64,000 nt of DNA from positions 1 to 64,000 of the forward strand of contig NIVC01003336.1 in the NCBI GenBank assembly GCA_002269645.1. Direction: 5' to 3'. Of this stretch, positions 13,701 to 24,700 are shown one piece after another. Origin of the DNA: Macrostomum lignano. Lineage: Eukaryota. The notes beneath the pieces were generated by a model. That model worked only from the letters and a program-made list of their open reading frames with translations. It searched no databases and was not told the DNA's origin. The translations under genes were made by a program, and so were the position numbers. Position 1 is the stretch's first letter, and every line of letters starts with the position of its first letter.

Positions 13701-16549
13701 CTGCCGACGAAACTGGCGCCATGAGCGTCCGGCGCTACCTTCTTCGACGCGTCCTGGCTGTCTGTATCGCTATGCTTCTGCGTAACAATGCTAGTAGGTA
13801 TTAGCATGCCAACAATGACCAGGTGCAGAAAGTAGGCCCCAATTAGTAGGCAGCAACCGGACACGGAGTAGCGATCGGCCAGTTCAGTGAACACCAGCGG
13901 CATTGCCACGGCGCCTGCGCTGCTGCCGGCGAAGCAGATGCCGTTGGCTAGATCGCGCCTGCGCTCGAAGCACTCGTTGACCTTGCAGATGACGGAGCTG
14001 TAGCAGGCGGACAGACAGGCTCCGGTGCAGAAGCCCAGACAGGCCACCCACAACGGCAGGCTGAAGGCCAAGTACAACAGGCACATGGATAGGCAGATTG
14101 TCAGGCCGCTCGTGACCACCATCCATCGGAGGGGCACCCGGCGAGAGAGGACACTGAATAGCGGAGCTGGAGATTGCGGAACGGGCGCTGTTGTAGATTC
14201 TACAGAAAACGATCTACTCTAAAACTCTAAAAATATCATTTTTTGCCAACTGCCGTTGCGCATTCTGCATGGGTCGCCATCATAAACCCGAAAAATCACA
14301 ACTCCGAAAGCACTTCCCATCATATAGAGCCGAAATATCATAAACCCGAAATATCACAAACTCGAAATATCACAAACCCGAAATATCACAAACCCGAAAT
14401 ATCACAAACCCGAAATATCACAAACCCGAAATATCACAAACCCGAAAGCACTTCCCATCATATAGACCCGAAATATCATAAACCCGAAATATCACAAACT
14501 CGAAATATCACAAACTCGAAATATCACAAACCCGAAATATCACAAACCCGAAATATCACAAACTCGAAATATCACAAACCCGAAATATCACAAACCCGAA
14601 ATATCACAAACCCGAAATATCACAAACCCGAAATATCACAAACCCGAAATATCACAAACCCGAAATATCACAAACCCGAAATATCACAAACCCGAAAGCA
14701 CTTCCCATCATATAGACCCGAAATATCATAAACCCGAAATATCACAACTCCGAAAGCACTTCTCATCATAAACCCGAAAAATCACAACTCCGAAAGCACT
14801 TCCCATCATATAGACCCGAAATATCATAAACCCGAAATATCACAAACTCGAAATATCACAAACCCGAAATATCACAAACCCGAAATATCACAAACCCGAA
14901 ATATCACAAACCCGAAATATCACAAACCCGAAATATCACAAACCCGAAAGCACTTCCCATCATATAGACCCGAAATATCATAAACCCGAAATATCACAAC
15001 TCCGAAAGCACTTCCCATCATATAGACCCGAAATATCATAAACCCGAAATATCACAACTCCGAAAGCACTTCCCATCATATAGACCCGAAATATCATAAA
15101 CCCGAAATATCACAAACCCGAAATATCACAAACTCGAAATATCACAAACTCGAAATATCACAAACCCGAAATATCACAAACTCTGAAAAACAAAATAGTG
15201 TTGGACATTGCTAGCAATTTCGGAGTTGTGATATTTCGGGTTTGTGATATTTCGGGTTTGTGATATTTCGGGTTTGTGATATTTCGGGTTTGTGATGCCC
15301 CCCTTCTGCATGACTGCGGGCACCCTGGTGCAACGCCTTCGGCAACATCGTCCCACACACCAGCGCAGGGGCAATTCTGCCCATTCCGCTTGCTCCTGAG
15401 CACGCTAATACTGCACTCGCACACACGCTCACACAGGGTGTACATCGGCCCTGACTCTCTATTCCTCAGGCATGTACACTCTCTGCGCCTTGGGGGTTGG
15501 CCCTCATGGGTGTGAACCGCGCGACACCCCCCCCCCGGATAGGGATATAACAATTCAAATCCTTTATACTAAAAATGACTTAATCCATGCACTCATACAG
15601 AGATAGCTATCATTAAAGTAATCTAAAGTTTCTAATCCAGCTTTGAATGTAATTGCCAACCAATGAAATTCCCCAGCAAGCAAAATCTGAGGAAAACAAC
15701 CCTTTGTCTCAGCCAATAGGAAGCTGCAGAAATGTACAAAGGAAGCATCTCTCATGAAGGAAAGACCCAAAATGCTATATAAACCCATGTTAAATCGATA
15801 AAGAAGCTTCGCCTCTCGCCCTCGCTCACTCCTGCTTGTTACGAGTATTTTTGGCTTTAATAGTCGTAATAAAATTAATTCATAGCCAGAATTTCAATTC
15901 TATACGTTGGAACATAAAACAGACTCTTTTGCATTTGACTGTCAGTGACATTTGACTGACAGTGACATTTGACTGTCAGTGACATTTGACTGACAGTGAC
16001 ATTTGACTGACAGTGACATTTGACTGTCAGTGACATTTGACTGACAGTGACATTTGACTGTCAGTGACATTTGACTGACAGTGACATTTGAATGTCAGTG
16101 ACATTTGACTGTCAGTGACATTTGACTGTCAGTGGCATTTGACTGTCAGTAACATTTGACTGTCAGTGACATTTGACTGTCACTGGCATTAAAAAGTGGC
16201 CTATAAGAAATCCTCCACGATATAACCTTTGGTATAGTCGAATTCACCCTCCCCCATTTAAACAAAATAGCTCACAGAGAATGTTGATCAGCGATAGGGT
16301 AGTGGACGTGACAAACAGGATCAGAGTGTTGGAGCAGTTAAAATAGGCCTGAAACTCGCGCATCAAAATGCCCGCAGACTTCAGATAGCCAATGACGATG
16401 AATTGCATCAGAAAGGCGCCTGGAATTGAATTCGTCGAAGTCATTGAAGCTACTTATAGTAAAGTCGAATAGTTATGAATTGAAATCAGTTTATTAAACT
16501 AACCGACAATCACAATGCAGGCTGACGGCCCGTCAACAGTGATCTCCAT
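10793..16549 (-). CDS. SLC16/monocarboxylate transporter family MFS protein, 6 exons, ~540 aa
   Basis: Phase-consistent exons: 16549..16504, 16419..16276, 14166..13626, 12919..12675, 11663..11331, 11106..10793 (1623 nt). MCT hallmarks: [73 protein letters not shown]. Confidence 0.88.
11802..12392. repeat. (TTGG)n microsatellite, ~145 copies, preceded by (GTTA)3, in SLC16 intron 4
   Basis: Direct reading of the sequence. Confidence 0.97.
14272..15303. mobile_element. Foldback-type non-autonomous DNA element with 16-bp repeat arms and a 9-bp TSD
   Basis: TTCTGCATG is duplicated at 14263-14271 and 15304-15312. Termini GGTCGCCATCATAAACCCG and CGGGTTTGTGATGCCCCCC are inverted. The left arm is ~910 bp of (CCCGAAATATCACAAA)n, the right arm ~85 bp of the reverse complement, and the spacer ~36 bp. 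Confidence 0.85.
15304..15530 (-). mobile_element. Fragment of dispersed repeat (SINE family B body)
   Basis: Shares GGCCAACCCCCAAGGC.CAG.GTGTACATGCCT and the following GGGCCG.TGTACAC block with 51505-51600 and 57060-57260. Confidence 0.65.
15933..16187. repeat. 17-bp minisatellite (CATTTGACTGTCAGTGA)n, ~15 copies
   Basis: Direct reading; lies in SLC16 intron 2. Confidence 0.92.
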
Positions 16550-16829
16550 GACAACCGTGAGGCACAGTCAGTAAACACTAAGTTCAGGTGACAAATAAGG
16601 TCACGAAAAGTCAGTATTGGAGTTTATCTAAAATTGTACAAGTTGTTAACAAGGACAACTGAAGTTACTACTTCAGTTGTCCTTGGTTGTTAACACTTAT
16701 TGCAGATTAAATCTGAGACGCGATGCAAAGTACAAGCTGTTTGCTTTAGTTTAGATAAGGAATAATTAACAGGCTAATATGTACATGTACAAACTTAAGA
16801 TTTTGGTAGAGCCTATGCTGAAGCCCATG

Positions 16830-17490
16830 GTAGTTCTTGGTATATAGCTTATGGTAGTCTTTAGTGTAGAGTCTATGGTAGTCTTTGGTATATAGCTTAT
16901 GGTAGTCTTTAGTGTAGAGTCTATGGTAGTCTTTGGTATATAGCTTATGGTAGTCTTTAGTGTAGAGTCTATGGTAGTCTTTGGTATATAGTTTATGGTA
17001 GTCTTTAGTGTAGAGTCTATGGTAGTCTTTGGTAGAGTCTATGGTAGTCTTTGGTATATAGTTTATGGTAGTCTTTAGTGTAGAGTCTATGGTAGTCTTT
17101 GGTAGAGTCTATGGTAGTCTTTGGTAGAGTCTATGGTAGTCTTTGGTTGAGTCTATGGTAGTCTTTGGTAGAGTCTATGGTAGTCTTTGGTAGAGTCTAT
17201 GGTAGTCTTTGGTAGAGTCTATGGTAGTCTTTGGTAGAGTCTATGGTAGTCTTTGGTATAGTCTATGGTAGTCTTTGGTAGAGTCTATGGTAGTCTTTGG
17301 TTGAGTCTATGGTAGTCTTTGGTAGAGTCTATGGTAGTCTTTGGTTGAGTCTATGGTAGTCTTTGGTATAGTCTATGGTAGTCTTTGGTATAGTCTTTGG
17401 TATAGTATTTTATAGAGTCTATGGTAGCATCTGGTATAGTCTTTGGTATAGTCTATGGTAGTCTTTGGTAGAGTCATTGGTAGTCTTTGG
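16830..17490. repeat. 22-bp minisatellite (GAGTCTATGGTAGTCTTTGGTA)n with degenerate ends
   Basis: Direct reading. Confidence 0.9.
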
Positions 17491-17980
17491 TGGAGTTTAT
17501 AAAGAAGCTTATGATGATGGCCTATGATGAGTCTATGACTGATAAAGTGAACTGTAAAGTTTGCAGTAAAAAGCAAAGCCAACTTACATTGCAAAAGATT
17601 TGTTCTCGAAGAAAATTGGTGCTAATTTTTATTTTAGTTACATAGCTCGTATATTGGTCGGTCAGTTCGCTCGCGGTTTGCCCGAAAAGATTAAATATAG
17701 CTGGTAGTTATCTCAATTGCGGGCCGAATAAGCAGACAATGCGGCACTGTTAAATTCGCGAATTTGCACAATTACAAGCAAAAACCATGCGGTACAGATA
17801 AATAGATAAGGAGGAACTCTGATTGCTGGCCTGGAAACCATTGAGAGTATCTGGAGAGCAAAGTGCATTGACCAGTCTGACAAGCTTGTCTTGTCCCTGC
17901 CGCTCCAAACCGACCTGATGGCTCATTTTGTGTATGGTAAGTTTCACAGGCCATCAGGCTAGCCTAACCTATTTTCTAGG

Positions 17981-18692
17981 ATTGTGAAGCTTGGGGATTG
18001 TGAAGCTTGGGGATTGTGAAGCTTGGTGATTGTGAAGCTTGGGGATTGTGAAGCTTGGGGATTGTGAAGCTTGGGGATTGTGAAGCTTGGGAATTGTGAA
18101 GCTTGGGATTGTGAAGCTTGGGGATTGTGGAGCTTGGGGATTGTGAAGCTTGGTGATTGTGAAGCTTGGGGATTGTGAAGCTTGGGATTGTGAAGCTTGG
18201 GATTGTGAAGCTTGGGGATTGTGAAGCTTGGGGATTGTGAAGCTTGGGAATTGTGAAGCTTGGGATTGTGAAGCTTGGGGATTGTGGAGCTTGGGGATTG
18301 TGAAGCTTGGGGATTGTGAAGCTTGGGGATTGTGAAGCTTGGGGATTGTGAAGCTTGGGAATTGTGAAGCATGGGATTGTGAAGCTTGGGGATTGTGGAG
18401 CTTGGGGATTGTGAAGCTTGGGGATTGTGAAGCTTGGGGATTGTGAAGCTTGGGATTGTGAAGCTTGGGATTGTGAAGCTTGGGGATTGTGAAGCTTGGG
18501 GATTGTGAAGCTTGGGAATTGTGAAGCTTGGGATTGTGAAGCTTGGGGATTGTGGAGCTTGGGGATTGTGAAGCTTGGGGATTGTGAAGCTTGAGGATTG
18601 TGAAGCTTGGGGATTGTGAAGCTTGAGGATTGTGAAGCTTGGGGATTGTGAAGCTTGAGGATTGTGAAGCTTGAGGATTGTGAAGCTTGGGG
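17981..18692. repeat. 16/17-bp minisatellite (GGATTGTGAAGCTTGG[G])n, ~42 copies
   Basis: Direct reading; begins ~20 nt after the NWD-like stop codon on the minus strand. Confidence 0.95.
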
Positions 18693-18711
18693 AGTGAAAA
18701 ACTCTAGGCAT

Positions 18712-21700
18712 CTAGTCCTCATCCTCGCTCTCAGTATCCTCAGATCCGCAGTCGCTTTCATTGCCGCTCTCGTCTTCTTCTTCAAGAAGTCCAGCGTCAG
18801 CGGTCTGGCCGCTGGGCGTGGGCTCATCCGGCAGCTGCAGCCTGACGCCCACTGGCCGCTGCGACAGCTGGCTGCTCAGAACCAGCAGGCGGCCGTCCTG
18901 CGCCAGACTGGCGGACTGCAGGGTCCAGTCGAATGACAGGCGCGACAGGCGGAGAAGCGACGGCAGGAGCCACACCGACAGGTCGCTTGGACAGCCGGCG
19001 GCCGCACCGGAAGCGGCGTGCAGCAGCGCTCGAGTATCGTCGGCCAACAGGCGGATGAAGCTGCCGGGAAGCTGGATGGCGGGCGATGCAGACTCTGTCG
19101 AGGTCCAACTAGGGGAAGCTTCGTTGACCGAATCGGCTGATTCAACGCGCAGTCGAAGCTGACCGCGTTCTGTGCCGCAGAGCAGCTGGTTGGCGCTGCT
19201 GCTGACTGCCACGGCTGTGACCGCGTCGGCAGCGGCTTGCTGTGCGAATCCTGGGAAAGTTTTTGATGCTGGGATGCTTGTGATGGGGATGCTGTGATGC
19301 TGGGCTTCTTGTGATGAGGAGGCTGTGATGCTGGGCTACTTCTGTGGGGAGGCTGTGATGCTGGGCTACTTCTGATGGGGAGGCTGTGATGCTGGGCTAC
19401 TTCTGATGGAGAGGCTGGGATGGACAGTCTGGAGCGGATGGGGAGATGAAAACTAAAAAGACAGGAGAAGCATGCACATCAGCCGTTACCAACTGGCCTC
19501 CCAACGGGAATCGGCGGGAACTCCGGAAGGTCGCGGCGCAGGCGGCCAGTGCGGCAGTCCCAGACGAGCAGGCGGCGGCCGCCTCGGTCGCCGGTGCGCT
19601 CTGTGGTCTCGTCGAACACCGTGTGCGCTAGGTGCCGACCATCCGGGCTGAGCACCGCCACGTGCAGGTGCAGCAGCGCGCCCGGATGCTCGAGCAGAGC
19701 CAGTTGGTTGCCCCTGGCAACATCGAATACGCACAGGTGATGAGCATGATAAGCCGCCACCAGAGTTGAGCAGTCCTCGCTGATCAGGTAGCCGGACAGG
19801 CAGTTAGATCGCTCCGCCTGGCGCTCAGCAGCTTGGCGCCGTTTGGCGCTGCGCCATTCGGCTCGGTGGCGCCGAAGTCTCGCCGACGGCGTCTCGGCGC
19901 GCCGCTGCCAGGGCGTGCCAAGCGGCGTCGAAGGGCGCCGGCGCAGATAGGCCTCGAACTGGCGTCGCTCCGCTGCCGCTTCGGCATCGTCGCCGCCTTC
20001 ATCGACGACGTCCGACCGGGCGGCAGCGGCGGAGCCGAAGTCGGGCCGCAGTTTGCGAATCACCTCGCCGGACTCCAGGCTGTAGACGGCAAATCCGGTG
20101 CGTTGCTCGTTGACACAGAGCAGCTGGGCGCCGCCCGGCAGCACCCGGTAATCGGCGCGGGGCCCGGCCACGATTTGCAGGCCGGAGAAGCTGCTGGTGA
20201 ACTTCTCCTGGTCCAGGCTGTAGATGCGCAGCGCTTGGTACACCGGCTGGGCGCTGGGCGCCTGCGGGGGCGGAGGAAGCGGCGGCAAGTCAAGGCGACA
20301 ATCAAACCCAGGAACGCGTTCAAATACAGACTTGATGGATTCAACTACAGACTTGATGGATTCAAATACAGACTTGATGGATTCAAATACAGACTTGATA
20401 GATTCAAATACAGACTTGATGGATTCAAATACAGACTTGATAGATTCAAATACAGACTTGATGGATTCAACTACAGACTTGATGGATTCAAACAAAAAAT
20501 ACCGATATTGATTGAGCACCTTAGGCGAGTGCCCCAGCTTTGTGAGCACAACGGCCTGTCTGTTGTAGAGCAGCACAATGTCCCGTTTATCCGCGATTCC
20601 CCTGGCTGACAGCAGCAGGCGGCTGTTGCCACTGCCGAGGTCCCACAGCTGAATGGCGACATTGCCCTCCAGCAGGACCAGTACGTTGTTCCCAGCTCCG
20701 TCAGAGTTCACGTGAAGATCCACCGGTCCGCACAGGCCCTGACGCGGGGAGCTCGGCCCTGCCGGCTGCTGCTGCTGCAGACAGCTGTGCAGATTCCAGA
20801 CCCCGATGTCGCCATCTTCGCCAGCGGCGATCAGCACCCGGCGCAGGTTGGACGCGGAGCCGACGCTGCAGAGGCCCGGCTGGCGGCAATGGTGGCCGTG
20901 CTCCTCAGTTTCCAGATTCCAGACTGCCACGTCTGTGCAGCCGTTCGATTCTGATTGGTTCAGAGCGACTGCGTGCAGCTGGGAGCCGGTCAGCAGCAGC
21001 TGGCGGATGGGCCGGTCGGCCAGGCAGCCGCGCAAACGTCGCATCAGCTGCCCGGTGTCGGCGCTGAACAGCTCCAGGTGGGTGACGAACTCGCGACCAC
21101 CGGAGCTGACGGACGGGGCGGTCGCCGCTCGACAGGCCAGGATGCAATAGTCTCGGCTTCGCTGCACCGCGTTCAGCAGGGCGGCCGGGTCGGAGCAGTC
21201 CAGACGGTCCGACACCTCGCCAGAGCGGCAGTCGATGATGCGCGCGAAGTTGGCGCCGTGGACAGCAAAGAGCACCTGATAGGAGCCGGCGGAGGTGGCC
21301 GCCATCATGAATGCGTCCGGAGCGGGCGGTTCCACTTGATGCTCGCCGGAGCGGGTGAGGCGCGGCAGGCACCAGGTGCGCATCAGACAGGTTCCGTGAT
21401 GGAAGCAGACCAGATGATCAGCATCAGCTCCGGCTCCGGCCAGGACGGCTGCGCACGGATCGTCTCCAAGGCTGAGGCTCTGTAGGTGGCGGCCGTGGCT
21501 GGCGGAGAAGAGTTCGATGCTGTCTGGCTGGCAGGCGGCCAAAACACGATCGGTTAGGGCTAGCAGCAGGCTCGTAACCCGCCGGCCACAGTCCGGTACG
21601 GTGAACTGGACTCGAGCATCCGGGACATGCCATGTCTTGATGGTATTGTCCATTGAAGCTGTGAAGCATCGCCTGCCATCCGCTGAGACGCACATGGCGG

Positions 21701-24700
21701 TGATTGGACCGGCGTGGCCCTGCAGCCTGGTAGCTGCAGATGCGCCAGACCCACCGCAAGGAGTCAAGCAGGTACTGGATGGAGTTAAAATCCTGGCTTG
21801 TCGCCGCGCCCTCCGACACAGGCGGCGTAGAGAGACGGCGGCTTCGTCCTTGGTTCCGATGGCGATATCCGAGAGCCGACCGAGCAGCTGCTGCGCCAGC
21901 TGAATGCCACCGTCAGCCGGCTCCGACTCCAGGTGACATCGCGAAAGCCGCAGAGCTTCGGCTATCAAACCGAGTTCAGCGGCTGCATCAACGTCGTCTT
22001 CCAGAGCCAGCTCCGTCGCGTCAACCAGGTCGAGCAGATCGCGGACGGGAGCAGCCGCCAGCTGCGCCGCCAAAAAGTCGTAGCGCAGCAGACAGTCGCG
22101 CGCGACGCCGACGGGACCGGCAGTTGCGGCCAGATGGAGCGGCAACTCGGACAGCTTGCGCAGATTGCTGGTGCGCGACGGAGGCCTCGCCTGCTGGGGA
22201 CGAGAGTAGAAAGACGGCTGGCCGCTAAAATAGTCGGCCAGGGCTTTGCGCAGCGCCTGCGCCCTGGATGCGTCCTCCAGTAGGTAGCGACGCTCGGCGG
22301 CGCGTCTCACCACGCCACTCGACCAGCCGAGAAGGACGGACGCGTCGCCGGTTCGTTCCACCAGCCAGTCGGCTAGGTCGGCGCGCAGCCGACGCCAGGT
22401 GAGCATCGGCACGTCTAGCAGGTCGAGCAGCTCCGGTTCCGTAAGGCCGTCGCGAGCGGCAGTCAGGTAGCCGAGGGCGCATTGTGACATTGCCTGACCA
22501 TGGCGCTGCTCCAGCATGGCTAGGCGGCTCCCCACCGCTGCCACGACATCGCCAGAAGCATCGCAAAGAACTCGAAGTAGAGGTGACGCCTTCGGTTTCT
22601 GCCAGCGCAGCAGGCGAGAGACAACTGCGGATGATAGCGGCGGAAGCTCGAAAAAGTGACCCGGCCATCCGCTGGGGTAGAGCTCGCGTAACTGCTGGCA
22701 GCAGTCGCTAGTTGAAGATTGCATCAGCAGAAGTAGTATTTTGCCAGATCTGGGCAGCTGTCGAGGCATCCAACTGAGAACTGACTGACGAGCATCGCTG
22801 CTGGAACTCGCCAAGTCCGTCAGTTGATCAACCCCGTCCAGCAGGACAACAATTCGTCGATCTTGGACTTCACTGGCCGCATGTAGCAGCCGTTCGAATT
22901 CGTTTGCCAGTCCTGGCAGGTCCTGATGGTTTGGTAGAGCAGTCGTATGGCACTATGCTAGACCAGGAGTCAGAAAACTCCGGCCTGCGGGACACATGCG
23001 GCCCGCGAAGCCTCTCTATGCGGCCCTCGGGTCCTTTGAAACTTCTCTCTTCTCTTATCTCCTCTCTCCTCTCCTCTCTTCTCTCCTCTCTCCTCTCCTC
23101 TCTCCTCTCCTCTCTCCTCTCCTCTCTCCTCTCCTCTCTTCTCTCCTCTCTCCTCTCCTCTCTCCTCTCCTCTCTCCTCTCCTCTCTCCTCTCCTCTCCT
23201 CTCCTCTCCTCTCCTCTCTTCTCTCCTCTCTTCTCTCCTCTCTTCTCTCCTCTCTCCTCTCCTCTCTCCTCTCCTCTATTCTCTCCTCTCTTCTCTCCTC
23301 TCTCCTCTCCTCTCTCCTCTCCTCTCTCCTCTCCTCTCTCCTCTCCTTTCTCCTCTCCTCTCCTCTCCTCTCCTCTCCTCTCCTCTCCTCTCCTCTCCTC
23401 TCTCCTCTCTCCTCTCCTCTCTCCTCTCCTCTCTCCTCTCCTCTCTTCTCTTTTCTCTCCTCTCCTCTCCTCTCCTCTCTCCTCTTCTCTCTTCTCTCTC
23501 TCTCTCCCCTTCTCTCTTCTCTCCTTTGTACTTTCTCCTCTATTCTCGTCTCTCCCTTCTCTCTCTCCTCTCTTCTCTCTCTCTCCCCTTCTCTACTCGC
23601 TTATCTCTCCTCTCCACAATTTTCTCTCTTCTTTCTCATCCTCTCTCATCTGGTCCGCAACCACAAGCTAGATTCTAAATCTGGCCCTTAAAGTAAGAAA
23701 AATTACTGACCTCAGGACTAGATAAAAAGATGCTCAATGTTTCAAAATTGGAAACTAACCATATTCTCCAGTCTCCGTAGACGCTTCATCGTCGCCTCGT
23801 CCAGTTGGGCCGGTGGCGGCTGTGCCTGCAGCAGCTCATCCAGCTGGCGGCAGAGGCTCAGCAACAAGTGGCGCACGCTCTCCGATCGATGCGACAAACC
23901 GATGAGGCGCACAAGCCGAACGGATCCAGGAGGCAGCCAGCCAGACAAGCCGGTGAACGCTGCGGCAGCTAAGGACGTCTTGCCGCAAGCCAGAGGTCCA
24001 TGAATCACCAGAGGCAGCATGCTGTCCGACACGGCGTAGGAGCGAACCAGCGCCAGCCAGTCCTGCAGACACGCGACATCCGGAGCTCTGATGGGACAGA
24101 CATGAGTACTAAATCTTCATGGGACAATAATAAAAACAATAATTGATTACACCTGCCCTAATAGCCACCTGTGCAACCGACAGCTTAGCCGCAGCTATTG
24201 CGCGGCGCATCTGAAGGCTGCGTACGACTGTTCAGTCCAAGGACTGGGGGGGGGTCACCTCACACACCCTCAATTGAAGCAATACAGAGTTTAAGTGTCT
24301 TGCTCAAGGACACAAATTGTTCCGTGTGGGTCGAAAATCGAACTCCCGACCTTTCAGTCGTGAGTCCAACGCCCTAACCACTAGGCTTACAAACCCCTAC
24401 ATTACATTAAAAATCCAGCAACCAAGTGTCTCACAATCTGCTGCAGAAGGCCTCGCTCTCAAGTCGCATTCGATCGGGATCAAAGCTGGCCCAGCAACGG
24501 CGCCGACCTTCGTTGGTCAAGCATGCGGCCTCTTCTATTGACGCCTCGGCTGCAGATGCCGCAGCCAGCATCATTGGCTCGATGGCGCGGCAGACCGATC
24601 CGCACAGTCGTCTTAGATAAGCGTCGTGGGCGCGGATGACGCCCGGGTTGACCCCACCGTCGGGGGTCCATTCCAGCTGGCATCGGTGCACCTGGCAGTG

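Noticed and set aside
17959-18827. 250-283-aa ORFs that might extend the NWD gene
   Set aside because: They are in other frames and consist of satellite translation. The NWD frame stops at 18712.
22904-23691. Leu/Ser/Pro-rich ORFs
   Set aside because: Polypyrimidine tract inside a MITE in an NWD intron. Likewise the ORFs at 63170-63640.
24320-24397. Functional tRNA genes at the SINE heads (also 32295-32366, 56948-57020)
   Set aside because: Anticodon arms do not pair properly and each head is fused to a dispersed repeat body.
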